Assembly: GCA_007280275.1 (NCBI GenBank) | Contig: QYQB01000076.1 | Span: forward strand, 1 to 53,613 | DNA length: 53,613 nucleotides | Direction: 5' to 3' | Source of the DNA: a bacterium | GTDB lineage: Bacteria; Bacteroidota; Ignavibacteria; UBA10030 | Made by a program: the position numbers and the translations under genes | Notes under the pieces: generated by a model | The model's input: the letters and a program-made list of their open reading frames with translations, nothing else | The model's database searches: none | Told to the model about the DNA's origin: nothing | Shown: positions 1 through 8,950 of the stretch, one piece after another | Layout: every line of letters begins with the position of its first letter | Numbering within the stretch: position 1 is the stretch's first letter

Positions 1-174
1 TACAGCCTCACGTTGGCGCTCGCTGGCGGCACAGCGCCGCTCGTATCGTCGTGGCTCATCGAATCGCTGGGCCACCCACTGGCACCAGCATACTACATTA
101 TGATATACGGTTTGATTGGCCTCGCAATCATGTGGCCGATGGCAGAAACCAACACGCGACGACTCGACGAGTAA
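1..174 (+). CDS. MFS-type transporter, C-terminal fragment (5' end lies outside the window)
   Basis: Frame 1 is open from base 1 to TAA at 172-174. Translation: YSLTLALAGGTAPLVSSWLIESLGHPLAPAYYIMIYGLIGLAIMWPMAETNTRRLDE. This is terminal hydrophobic helices plus a short polar tail, as in metabolite:H+ symporter MFS proteins. It is the only credible + strand gene and is followed by a hairpin terminator. Track ORF 51..509 is a different, implausible frame. Confidence 0.5.
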   Translation, partial: YSLTLALAGGTAPLVSSWLIESLGHPLAPAYYIMIYGLIGLAIMWPMAETNTRRLDE

Positions 175-210
175 GCATTGGGATTTCGCCGAAGAAGCGA
201 ACTCATCCTC

Positions 211-253
211 AAAAAGACAAAAGCCGACCCTACCAGGATCGGCTTTTCATTTT
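211..253. terminator. Bidirectional rho-independent terminator between the convergent MFS gene and the minus-strand array
   Basis: Stem aagccga (221-227) pairs with tcggctt (239-245). A T-run follows on the + strand (246-253) and an A-run precedes it (211-220), giving a T-run on the minus strand. Confidence 0.6.
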
Positions 254-313
254 GTTACACCGCTTGATCTATCTCTTCAATAGAAGATCAGAAATCGGGA
301 ATTGCAAATTGCT

Positions 314-334
314 TGGTACCCTCAACGAGATCTC
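314..334 (-). repeat. Degenerate second copy of the tRNA-3'-end-like sequence (ends ...GAGGGTACCA on the minus strand)
   Basis: Minus strand reads gagatctcgttgagggtacca. The core gtaccc[t/c]caacgagat (316-331) matches 439-454 at 15 of 16 positions. It lacks an intact T-loop. Confidence 0.4.
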
Positions 335-386
335 CGCCTTCGTCTTTCGAAACAGACTCCTGAGGACAGGCGAACTCGCGTCCCCC

Positions 387-417
387 AAACAACAAAACCG
401 ACCTGTTTCCAGATCGG
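387..417 (-). terminator. Rho-independent terminator on the minus strand, just downstream of the tRNA-like fragment
   Basis: Minus strand reads ccgatctg-gaaa-caggtcgg (8-bp stem with one mismatch, GNRA loop; + coordinates 398-417), followed by ttttgttgttt (+ 387-397). Confidence 0.55.
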
Positions 418-436
418 CCCTTCAATCGACAATGAT

Positions 437-464
437 TAGTACCCCCAACGAGATTCGAACTCGT
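437..464 (-). other. tRNA 3'-half-like fragment (T-arm plus acceptor 3' strand) with no tRNA body; possible att-site remnant
   Basis: Minus strand reads ACGAG-TTCGAAT-CTCGT-TGGGGGT-A. This is a perfect 5-bp T-stem with a consensus TTCGAAT loop, then a 7-nt acceptor strand and discriminator A. No D-arm, anticodon arm or complementary 5' acceptor strand (ACCCCCA) exists upstream, so it is not an intact tRNA. Confidence 0.45.
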
Positions 465-774
465 GTACCGAGCTTGAAAAGACAATCGAGTTTGCAGAAA
501 CCGCTGTAATACCAACGCTTTTTTCAGCTCACGATTCGAACGTTGTTAGCACCTGTTAGCAGAGAATCCCACCGCTAACACGTGGATTCACATCGAAGTT
601 ACGTATAATTGAATTTTCTCGCAAGTCTTTGAAATGACTTTGGAATAGCAGGCCTACGATTCAGCCATCTCGATTTCATTTGCGGATCGTCAGCATCTGG
701 ACCATATGCTGGCAGAGCACTTGCGCTTTCCTTGCACGAGCGACAATTCGTTCGATTGTCTTGGCTTCCATTGC

Positions 775-975
775 TTACAGCGACCCTGTATCTTGTAAAC
801 CTAAATACTTGCGCAGAATCAACCGAATCACGTAGGATTTTTCACGGCCAAGCCTCGCTGCCTCCATCTGGATACGCTTGGCAAGCACTTCGTCGGCCAT
901 GAAACTCACCACACGCCCCTTATGGAAGAACGCTTTGCGGTGATTTTTTGTCGGAATATGTTGTTCTAAGATCAT
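775..975 (-). CDS. Small ribbon-helix-helix (CopG/Arc-like) DNA-binding protein
   Basis: 66 aa. VVSFMADEVLAKRIQMEAARLGREKSYVIRLILRKYLG fits the beta-strand/helix/helix RHH pattern. ATG at 973-975 is preceded by a GAGG. Two short ORFs flank it in coupled positions (972..1106 with an ATGA overlap, and 673..771). Confidence 0.6.
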   Translation of the reverse strand: MILEQHIPTKNHRKAFFHKGRVVSFMADEVLAKRIQMEAARLGREKSYVIRLILRKYLGLQDTGSL

Positions 976-1151
976 CGTGCCTCACTTTTTGGGTTCATCG
1001 ATTCACTCCTGCTCTCGATCTGGCCGTGTTTAAGTGCCAATGCAAAGTTAGTTTTTTCCTGGTCACGCATTGGTGCTGGACGTAGGCTAAATCCTACTGG
1101 CGCCATAGAGATACCGAAATCTCCTTCATCGCGATATGGAATCGACACAAC

Positions 1152-3308
1152 TCAACCCCCGTTGGCCTGCATCCAGTCTCGCACCAATTTGTGATACGTC
1201 TGCTCCGGCGTGATCAGGAAGGACAGGTCCGCAGGCACATCAGCCATATCCGGTCTGTCAGGCCAGGTGTTGAGAAACTTCGCCATGACATAGCCCGGAG
1301 GTGGACCGTAGAAGCGGGTCTTGCCGTAGGCGGTCTTCAGATTCTCCCATGTCTTGTTGAAGTACTCAAGAGAAGCTCTGACGTTCTTCATGCCACTCTT
1401 TTGCTGCGCCTTGTCAGCGACATCGCATTGTTGCAGTGCCAATAACAGCTTTGCGGCAGCAATTTGAAAGTCATTGGTTACCGCAAGAATCTCGAAATGA
1501 TAGCGGTTCCTTCTGGCCTTCTTTGACAGTTCCGCTATCTGCGCGGAGGTTACTTCAAATCGTTTGATCTCCTGCCCCGCGACCTTGAGCCTTTCGGCAT
1601 TCTGCTTTGACCACGCCCCGGGCGAGCCTAGATTCGGGACTGCAAGGATGTTTCGCTCTCTTTCTGGTGGCGAAGACATTTCTCTGCTTCCCTTTGTGAA
1701 AAAGCACCAATCCCAGAACTCAGACGCTCTGAAAAGCTCAGCATAGAGGCCTGTAGCTCCGGTGCATTCGGGGCCAAACTCTCTCTGCCAGAACGCCTCC
1801 TCATACTCCGGTTGGCTTCTTCCGAATGGCGACCAGCCGTACTCTGCTGAGGCAATTAATCCTCTCCAGTATGTTTCCATGTGCGGTGATGCATCATCCC
1901 AGGCCGAGCAAAGATGCTTGTCAATTCCTTTATCGATAGCAAGTTGAATGAAACTTTTAATCGTCTGGACCCTGTCGTCATAGAATTCCGTCGTGTGTAC
2001 TTTCGGCGTGACGCAAGCCCTTGGATACAAAGGCGATAAATCGGCGGCAGCGGTGCAGATCATGACATTGAGTCCGCTTTGTTTATACCAATCAAGAGCC
2101 ATGATATTACCGGGCTGCATCGCCATCGAGTAATCCCATCGCATATAGAATGCATCCTTGGGAAATTTACTGGCATTCGCATCCAGCTCCGACCGGCCTT
2201 TTGCCCATGCCTTGTCTGCAACTTCCTTCGTAGCCGCCGGATCATGGACAGACTCATAGAGATTCGAATGCTCGAATATCATATCATCCCAAAAAATGGC
2301 TGTGCGTCCATGCTGACGTGCAAACTCGTTCACTTTGTTGAACCAGTACAGATTGAGCCCCAACATTCCTTCTTTATCAACGAACGCCTTGCAACGCGGA
2401 CATTTCCCGATCGCCCCCGTCTCGTCTCCGCCAAAGTGCAGGTACCTGCTCCCCGGTGTAGCCTCGATGGCATCCTTGCACATGTCGAAGATCACCTGAT
2501 ACGTGCTATCGTTCGTTGGACAAAATACCCAAGCGCTTTTCGGATCTTCCCGAAGATTCGCATACTGAGGATGCTTCAGAAGATAAGCCATATGACCAAG
2601 ACTTTGGACCAGAGGGGTTATTTCGATGTGTCGATCCCTTGCATAGTTGGTCAGCGCTGCCATCTCTTCAATGCTCATCGCAAGTGGCGATCCGATCAAC
2701 GGCTGCCTGCGGAACTGAAGTTTGTCCTCGAATTCAAAGATGACGCCGTTAATCTTGTATCGCGCCAGCCGGTCGATGCTTTTGTAATAGTACTCCATGT
2801 TGTCGAGGTGATGTCTCACATCGAATTGAACTGACCGATAGCTCATCGCGGGATAATCTGTGATCTTGCATGCCGGGATGGTCACCCCGAGATCGCGTGC
2901 GTCTTCAAGGAGCTGCTCGAGTGTCTGGCAGCCATAGAAAAGTCCGGCTTCGCCCCTGGAAGTTATTGCGACCTTCCCGCCAGCAATGAGCAGAACATAT
3001 CCCTCCGGCGACTTGGGAACATCAGCACTCTCAACCAGCTGAAGCCTCAGCACTCCAACGCCTTTGCCAATCTGTGGAAGTGCGGAGAGCATCGGTCCGG
3101 TGGCAGGCAGGGGGAAATCTCCTTTCAGCTCAATCGATTTCAAATCCCCAAGGTTCAATCCTGTCCCCCCAAGCAGTTCCACCCCTTGCGGCTGCGGAAG
3201 AATCTTGAAAGGAGCCGGAAGCTGTTGGCCCCCCGCCAGCAGTAGTGCTGAGTTAACGAGCATAGCCACGACTAGTGTCACAAGACCGATCCATTTCAAA
3301 TTGGTCAT
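1152..3308 (-). CDS. GH20 beta-N-acetylhexosaminidase, exported
   Basis: Has a GH20b-type N-domain (GYVLLIAGGKVAITSRGEAGLFYGCQTLEQLL), then ITDYPAMSYRSVQFDVRHH and the catalytic YLHFGGDE (HxGGDE) motif. N-terminal signal peptide present. The track start at 3323 is TTG. The ATG at 3308 is preceded by AAGGAGG plus 5 nt, so it was chosen. Confidence 0.9.
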   Translation of the reverse strand: MTNLKWIGLVTLVVAMLVNSALLLAGGQQLPAPFKILPQPQGVELLGGTGLNLGDLKSIELKGDFPLPATGPMLSALPQIGKGVGVLRLQLVESADVPKSPEGYVLLIAGGKVAITSRGEAGLFYGCQTLEQLLEDARDLGVTIPACKITDYPAMSYRSVQFDVRHHLDNMEYYYKSIDRLARYKINGVIFEFEDKLQFRRQPLIGSPLAMSIEEMAALTNYARDRHIEITPLVQSLGHMAYLLKHPQYANLREDPKSAWVFCPTNDSTYQVIFDMCKDAIEATPGSRYLHFGGDETGAIGKCPRCKAFVDKEGMLGLNLYWFNKVNEFARQHGRTAIFWDDMIFEHSNLYESVHDPAATKEVADKAWAKGRSELDANASKFPKDAFYMRWDYSMAMQPGNIMALDWYKQSGLNVMICTAAADLSPLYPRACVTPKVHTTEFYDDRVQTIKSFIQLAIDKGIDKHLCSAWDDASPHMETYWRGLIASAEYGWSPFGRSQPEYEEAFWQREFGPECTGATGLYAELFRASEFWDWCFFTKGSREMSSPPERERNILAVPNLGSPGAWSKQNAERLKVAGQEIKRFEVTSAQIAELSKKARRNRYHFEILAVTNDFQIAAAKLLLALQQCDVADKAQQKSGMKNVRASLEYFNKTWENLKTAYGKTRFYGPPPGYVMAKFLNTWPDRPDMADVPADLSFLITPEQTYHKLVRDWMQANGG

Positions 3309-3368
3309 TGAAACCTCCTTCAATCCTATTGAATTCTGAGTGTAGCGGTATCCACAATCAAGGCAACT

Positions 3369-4319
3369 CTATTTTGCATCTGGCTTTTCAGTTTCTGAAG
3401 GTACCGAGGCCTCGAGCGTGGACTCAGTTGGTCTATCCCAAATGGTAATAAGGAGTGTGCTGCCCAGAACGAAGATTCCGCCGATAATGGCAAGCGGAGA
3501 AAGTCTTTCACCGAGAGTGAAGGCGGCAATGGGCAAACCGAAGAACGTGATCAGATAGTTTGTGAGTGCTACCTGTATCGCATCCAGCTCTTTGAGGACC
3601 CGCAGGAAGATAATCATAGATAGATAATTGTGGAAGAAGGTCAGGAGTATCATACCTATCCAAGTGTTTGTTGTGAAGCTAGGAATACCGGAAAGAAACT
3701 GACCGAGTTCAGGAATGACAAACGGAAGCAACAGAATGAGCATCAAGCAATATGTCCAAAAGAGCATCTCCAGCGGCGAGAAGCGTCGGAGAATCACTTT
3801 GCCAAAGGAGTTATTCAAGGAATTCCCCAGAAGCGCTGTCAGGATCAGCAGATCACCGGCGAGATATTGGAAAGCAAAATGTGATCCTTGTATGTCCTTA
3901 GCCGATATGATCACGACACCTACGATTGCGAAGCTGAAGCTGATCCATCGTGCCGTATTCATCTTTTCTTTAAGGATGAGCATGGCCATAACGGCCGTGA
4001 AGACAGGGAGGGCTAGTGTAAGGAGAGCGCCGTTGCTTGCCAAACTCATCCGGGTTCCCCAAGTCATTAGCACCTGTGCGGGAAAGAACCCGAAAGCAGC
4101 GAGGATAAAGAAATTGACGACATCTCTTTTATTCGTAACACGAACTGAACGATGTCTTCGAGCCTCGGCTATCACAAATGGAATGAGTCCGATCGTAGCT
4201 AAGCACATTGGTCCCCAAACAGTCATATAGGGGCCAACCTGATCTTCAACGAGTTTAATACACGTAAATTGTAGAGCCCACATCAAATTGCAGGCGAAAA
4301 GCAAGATCCAGTTGCGCAT
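3369..4319 (-). CDS. EamA/DMT-superfamily permease
   Basis: 316 aa with about 10 hydrophobic helices in two-EamA-repeat organisation (MRNWILLFACNLMWALQFTCIKL...). This is the only obvious small-molecule transporter in the array. Confidence 0.75.
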   Translation of the reverse strand: MRNWILLFACNLMWALQFTCIKLVEDQVGPYMTVWGPMCLATIGLIPFVIAEARRHRSVRVTNKRDVVNFFILAAFGFFPAQVLMTWGTRMSLASNGALLTLALPVFTAVMAMLILKEKMNTARWISFSFAIVGVVIISAKDIQGSHFAFQYLAGDLLILTALLGNSLNNSFGKVILRRFSPLEMLFWTYCLMLILLLPFVIPELGQFLSGIPSFTTNTWIGMILLTFFHNYLSMIIFLRVLKELDAIQVALTNYLITFFGLPIAAFTLGERLSPLAIIGGIFVLGSTLLITIWDRPTESTLEASVPSETEKPDAK

Positions 4320-4427
4320 TATTCCCCTCTTCCATTAGTAGGTGTGTAGATTACGCGCTGATAGACAGAGAAGCCCTTGCCTGAAGCTTTGTCTCCAAAG
4401 ATGTTCATGTGCCAGAATGATCTTGTT

Positions 4428-5723
4428 CTATTTGCTATCAAGGGGAGAAAACACAAAGACCTCGCATTCGTGCGGTCTTAACTTTGCTGAGATTGTACCG
4501 TTCGCTTTTTCCACAAATTTGTGTTTCCAAACATCATAGATTTTATACTTAGCATCTACCTTCAGTTCCAATTCCTTCCAAGAGGCAGAAATAGATTGTT
4601 CGGTCGAGTTCCGATTTAGTAATGCGATGGCCACTTTCTTATTTGCCAGAGGTTTTTTCCACGCTTCGAATCCATCTTTTTTGATTACACGGAAGCCCTG
4701 TTTTCCCAATGAATCTTGATCGATATCGATGATATCTTTGTTTGACAAGATCATTTTTGTCATTTCATCCATCTTGCTAATATCACATCCTATCATTAAC
4801 GGCGCGGCGATCATACACCACATACTCATTTGCGATCGATATTCAATTTCAGTGCAACCGCCTCCTTTGATATTGCCGGTGTTCTTCAGGCCTACGACAA
4901 GCATATCAGGATCATTCCAACCACCGGGTCCGGCGAAACGATCGAGATTTGATGCCACATCCAGCGACGTGACAACTCCGACCGGGCTTCCTACGTTACG
5001 TGCTACCTCCCACACATCATACACATCATAGGATGTACGCCACATATGACCGCCAACTTCTTTGCCCCATAACCATGGCGAACGCGGACCCCATTCACAA
5101 ATACTATAGATGATCGGTCTTCCTGTTGCCTTAAGAGCATCTCCCATTCTTTTGTAGCGATCAATTGCCATCTTGTAATCATTATTGGCTGATGTATAAT
5201 CTGGACAGAAGCAATAATCGTATTTCAGGAAATCAACACCCCATGCTGCGAACAACGTCGCATCCTTCTTTTCAAAACCATAGCTGCCCGGCATCTTTCC
5301 GCACGTCATCGTACCCGCATCTGAATAAATGCCAAACTTCAGTCCCTTACTATGGACGTAATCTGCTAATGCTTTAATACCGGATGGGAATCTCTTGGGA
5401 TCGGGGAATAAATTCCCATTCGCGTCTCTGCCGCCATGCCAATAATCATCAATCACGACATACGTGTAGCCAACATCTTTCAAACCCGTACTTACCATGA
5501 AGTCTGCAGTCGCGCGAATTGCTTTCTCATCGACATTGATCCCGAACGAGTTCCAACTATTCCATCCCATTGGAGGAGTGAGGGCGAGTTGTTGTTGGAC
5601 CGGTGTCCCTTTGTCCTGCTGTCCGGAGTCTTTTGCATCCGTCTTGTTCTCCCAGCCTACGCTGGCAACAGCCAATGTGAGAACTGAAGTCCAGACTATT
5701 ACATGCTTATTGTACCTTGTCAT
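4428..5723 (-). CDS. GH27 alpha-galactosidase / alpha-N-acetylgalactosaminidase, exported
   Basis: LALTPPMGWNSWNSFG...YVVIDDYWHG...FPSGIKALADYVHSKGLKFGIYSDAGTMTCG...WGVDFLKYDYC is near-textbook GH27. Signal peptide present. AGGAGG lies 7 nt before the ATG. Confidence 0.9.
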   Translation of the reverse strand: MTRYNKHVIVWTSVLTLAVASVGWENKTDAKDSGQQDKGTPVQQQLALTPPMGWNSWNSFGINVDEKAIRATADFMVSTGLKDVGYTYVVIDDYWHGGRDANGNLFPDPKRFPSGIKALADYVHSKGLKFGIYSDAGTMTCGKMPGSYGFEKKDATLFAAWGVDFLKYDYCFCPDYTSANNDYKMAIDRYKRMGDALKATGRPIIYSICEWGPRSPWLWGKEVGGHMWRTSYDVYDVWEVARNVGSPVGVVTSLDVASNLDRFAGPGGWNDPDMLVVGLKNTGNIKGGGCTEIEYRSQMSMWCMIAAPLMIGCDISKMDEMTKMILSNKDIIDIDQDSLGKQGFRVIKKDGFEAWKKPLANKKVAIALLNRNSTEQSISASWKELELKVDAKYKIYDVWKHKFVEKANGTISAKLRPHECEVFVFSPLDSK

Positions 5724-5750
5724 AACTATTCCTCCTGAGTGAATGTTATA

Positions 5751-7760
5751 CTACTTGGTATTAATCTCAATTCGGTGTGTCCCGAGTCCAGCCGGAATAT
5801 TCAGTACTTGTTTTGAATCTAATACCATTCTTGCCTTTTTCCCGTCAATGCGAACGGTCGCTCCCTCTCCAAACTTCTCCCTGGTACCATCGGACAGTTC
5901 CAGCGTCCACAGGGAGGGTTTCTTTTCGAAATACTTGCAGTAATGGTCATCATATTGAAACTCGATCCCCAGGGTGCTCCTCTTCATCTCCTTGACATTA
6001 CTGTGCAGATACGCGCAAGTCTCATTAAAGCCCATCCAGTGTTTGTCCTTGTGGGCATCGATCCAGTTGGTGTTATCTGTCAGGTTGGCCCTTCGCCCTC
6101 CGGCGATCTTCGATGCCATCAACTCCTCTGTGGTCATCTTCAGAAGAGCATCCCAGCCTTCTTCAGTTGCATCTGCCGGATTGTTCGTTCTTGCCGTCAG
6201 GTCCAGATCATGGCAGGTAAACTGCTCGGGCATCATCATACTGAATTCGATGGTCCTGTCGAAGCCCACGTAACATTCCCGACTGACACCCAATCCTGCG
6301 ATTGCAGCCACGCGACCATTATCGTTCCCACCCGGCTTCGACGGACTTATCTCTGCGCCTGTGCGAACTTCTGCGGAAAGGGAAACGACACCAAACGCCT
6401 TTCGAATGGCATCGATACCGCTCTTGTAGAGAAACAGCAGATCGTTCGACGGTACCGACACACCACCGCGCCGCACGTCAACGATCTCGTTATACCAATT
6501 TGTCACGGCCATTTCGCCGTCGATCGGACTCCCCCACCACGGCCCCGGCTCCGAATCCAGGTCCCAGTTCATGTGCGACCAGGCACGGTGCGGTTGAATC
6601 TCAAAGACGCCGCGCCGAAGTCCTTCATCAAGTCCGGCCTTTGTAGAACCGTAATCTTGCCAGTTACCGAAGATATCTTTGAATGGTTTGACCGACCACG
6701 GCGACTCGATGATCTTGTTTTTCGGATTCGCGAAACCGGGCGTAATATTCTGAACCATCATGAGCCCGCGCTTCTCGAGCGGCTCTATCAGGTATTTCAT
6801 CAGAGTTTCTTTGCTCGGCGTCGGATAGTGCCACCTCAGGCTCCATGCATGTTCGCTGCAACCGATATCGTCCATGATGAAAATGAATCCGTTGTCGAAG
6901 TTATCATTGAAGATGCCGTACCCGATCGCATACACCAACGACTTCCTAAAGACCCTCCTCATCACCGGATACGTACGAAACCAGTTCTTCCCTCCGCCGA
7001 TCCAAATTACTTTCGTGTCGCTGGTTACGTCCCTTACAGTCAGTTGAGGAGTCTGACCAACCTGGCCAAGCACTTTTGTCGCATCGCCTGCCGTGCAACG
7101 AATAACAGAGATCTTGGATTTCTCCTCGATGACTTCTCCCGGTTTTAGAGTGACACCGTTGCCTCCCACGATGCTTGGTGCCGCTGACAACTTCTCGTCC
7201 GGCAGCACTGTTCCCACGGCTCCAGACGTAATGAAATGCTTGCCCGAGATCGTGAACCCATCTGTCTTTCTACCTTGCCGCAAATCCACAACCCCCTCGT
7301 ACTTCACACCAATTAAATCAGCCACCTGTGTAGTCTTGATATTGTCAAAGAGGGCGATCAAGCTTATTCCATACTCTTCGACGACTCGTTTGAGTGTCTG
7401 GTAGTTCGCGGAAAACCCCTGGAGCTTGTCCGGGTCCGCCATCCATATCACGCAGCCATAGTTGGGCTTTGCCTCACCGTCCAGAAAACGGTTTATCTGG
7501 AGCCGCTGCTCATCTAGGCGCAAAATGTCGAATGGAACCCCCCAGATCTTGAGCATCGTCACGACATCGATAAACTCCCCTCCCTTGACACGCTTCGAGT
7601 CGATGTTGTAGCTAAGCGGATCAGTCCACTGGTCACCGATGACGACGAGAACGCGGAAGGGTTTGACTGCCGGTGGTTGTTTGTTGCCGGCGAGTGCGAC
7701 GACAGCAAATGCCAACAGAACGAAACTCAAAATGAAAATTCGTTGCTTGGCTGTATTCAC
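5751..7760 (-). CDS. Secreted protein of unknown function (669 aa)
   Basis: Long ORF co-oriented with its neighbours, GTG start, clear signal peptide (NTAKQRIFILSFVLLAFAVVALAG). The N-terminal FRVLVVIGDQW... segment resembles a flavodoxin/GATase1-like fold. I recognise no catalytic motif. Confidence 0.7.
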   Translation of the reverse strand: MNTAKQRIFILSFVLLAFAVVALAGNKQPPAVKPFRVLVVIGDQWTDPLSYNIDSKRVKGGEFIDVVTMLKIWGVPFDILRLDEQRLQINRFLDGEAKPNYGCVIWMADPDKLQGFSANYQTLKRVVEEYGISLIALFDNIKTTQVADLIGVKYEGVVDLRQGRKTDGFTISGKHFITSGAVGTVLPDEKLSAAPSIVGGNGVTLKPGEVIEEKSKISVIRCTAGDATKVLGQVGQTPQLTVRDVTSDTKVIWIGGGKNWFRTYPVMRRVFRKSLVYAIGYGIFNDNFDNGFIFIMDDIGCSEHAWSLRWHYPTPSKETLMKYLIEPLEKRGLMMVQNITPGFANPKNKIIESPWSVKPFKDIFGNWQDYGSTKAGLDEGLRRGVFEIQPHRAWSHMNWDLDSEPGPWWGSPIDGEMAVTNWYNEIVDVRRGGVSVPSNDLLFLYKSGIDAIRKAFGVVSLSAEVRTGAEISPSKPGGNDNGRVAAIAGLGVSRECYVGFDRTIEFSMMMPEQFTCHDLDLTARTNNPADATEEGWDALLKMTTEELMASKIAGGRRANLTDNTNWIDAHKDKHWMGFNETCAYLHSNVKEMKRSTLGIEFQYDDHYCKYFEKKPSLWTLELSDGTREKFGEGATVRIDGKKARMVLDSKQVLNIPAGLGTHRIEINTK

Positions 7761-7800
7761 TCTCTGTTGTCCTTATGGTGTTGTCCGCTGCGGCGATAAC

Positions 7801-8910
7801 TCATATCTTCAGAAAAGTCTTCTTGCTGTACATCCAATACAGGATAAGCCAGATCACCGTGAGCGCCGCTGCCTCCTGGACAAATTCATTCCAGGGACCC
7901 AGCCACGGAGCAAGTCCCCCGACGAACACATTTCCAATATGTTTGAAGTCGAAAAGGTGAGTCGCAACGTAGACGCCAATGGCATTCATGCCGATCACAA
8001 CAAAAAAGAACGCCCATTTTCTGTACCCCCACACATCGATGACAAGATAGAAGAGGGCCAGGAGCAGGTAGCTCCATCCGGCGGCGTACAACACGAGAGA
8101 ACTGGTCCACAGGTGATGAATGATCGGGAACCAGATGCCCCAGATCAGGCCGGCGACTACGCAGCCGATCCCGAGTAGTGCCAATTCACCCGCTTTCCGC
8201 ATTTGCGCGCGCTTCGAAAGCAGGATCTGACCCGCGAAGACCCCAAGCATCACAGAGCAGATAAATGTCATGTTTGTGATGATGTACGTCCAGCCTTCCC
8301 CTTCCTGCCAGTGGCCGAGGACGGCATTGTCGACGTAGAGAGCCAGGTTCGTGTTCCGCTCAAAGAAGCCAGCCCCAATCCCCGGAATGGGAACCAACGC
8401 CATCACCGCCCAGTACAGCAACAGGAGGATTGCTGTTACAGCCACCTGCCATCGAAACTTTAACTCAAGGATCATGACGGAACTAACAAGATACCCCACA
8501 GCGATGGCATGTAACGTATCTGTCCACAGATGTAGCTTTGTCGAATCAAATTTCAGTAAGTGACCGGAGGCAATCAGTCCGAGGATGTAGAGGATGACCA
8601 CTCTTCTCAAGACGTGAAGATAGAGTTTCTTCTTGGTATCGCCGTGATCAAGCCGCTTGACAAACGAAAAGGGCATGACAGCCCCTACAATGAAAAGGAA
8701 CAGGGGCATGATCAAATCATAGAAATGAAACCGCCCCCATGAGTGTTCAAAATTCACGTCCATCCCCTGGAGAAAACCAATGCCAGAATTCTTGGCAAGG
8801 GAAACAAGGACCTGGGCACCTCCGATGATCCAAAGCATGTCAAAGCCTCTGAGGGCATCGACGCACATCAGTCTTTGACTGGCAACCGGTGATTGAGTTT
8901 GGGAATCCAT
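7801..8910 (-). CDS. HGSNAT-like (DUF5009/DUF1624) polytopic membrane acyltransferase, copy 1
   Basis: 369 aa, multi-TM. N-terminal RLMCVDALRGFDMLWIIG and FEHSWGRFHFYDLIMPLFLFIVG match the heparan-alpha-glucosaminide N-acetyltransferase catalytic-domain family signature. Confidence 0.75.
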   Translation of the reverse strand: MDSQTQSPVASQRLMCVDALRGFDMLWIIGGAQVLVSLAKNSGIGFLQGMDVNFEHSWGRFHFYDLIMPLFLFIVGAVMPFSFVKRLDHGDTKKKLYLHVLRRVVILYILGLIASGHLLKFDSTKLHLWTDTLHAIAVGYLVSSVMILELKFRWQVAVTAILLLLYWAVMALVPIPGIGAGFFERNTNLALYVDNAVLGHWQEGEGWTYIITNMTFICSVMLGVFAGQILLSKRAQMRKAGELALLGIGCVVAGLIWGIWFPIIHHLWTSSLVLYAAGWSYLLLALFYLVIDVWGYRKWAFFFVVIGMNAIGVYVATHLFDFKHIGNVFVGGLAPWLGPWNEFVQEAAALTVIWLILYWMYSKKTFLKI

Positions 8911-8950
8911 CGTGCTTCCCTTGTTGAATAAGTTGCAGCGGAGAAGAAGA

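Noticed and set aside
51-509. 152-aa + strand ORF from the track
   Set aside because: It overlaps the better-supported MFS C-terminal frame out of frame. It reads straight through two hairpin terminators and the tRNA-like fragment. Its composition is Arg/Ser/Pro-rich and not protein-like.
437-530. Intact tRNA gene on the minus strand
   Set aside because: Only the T-arm and acceptor 3' strand fold. The sequence upstream gives no anticodon stem (attgt versus agctc), no D-arm and no 5' acceptor strand.
437-800. tmRNA (ssrA) on the minus strand, suggested by the T-arm-like 3' end followed by a terminator
   Set aside because: The acceptor 3' strand is TGGGGGT-A, not the NNNNUCC-ACCA needed for the G3-U70 alanine identity. 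No 5' GGGG... strand complementary to it occurs within 400 nt. No tag-like reading frame ending in hydrophobic residues was found; the best candidate is ANNVRIVS*.
673-1106. Toxin-antitoxin pair around the RHH gene
   Set aside because: The flanking ORFs are only 44 and 32 codons, with no recognisable toxin fold motif (no PIN, RelE/ParE or HicA signatures). At best this is a decayed cassette, so it is reported only as part of the junction finding.
5943-7148. 401-aa + strand ORF antisense to the 669-aa gene. Similar long antisense ORFs occur at 2079-2834, 9593-10270, 27072-28082, 29565-30395, 35458-36237, 39626-40399, 40839-41768, 42530-43564, 45271-46461 and 51096-52022.
   Set aside because: All lie fully inside stronger minus-strand genes that have recognisable motifs, signal peptides and SD sites. 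Their translations are low-complexity (Arg/His/Pro/Leu-rich) with no motifs. This is typical shadow-frame behaviour of RNY-biased coding DNA.
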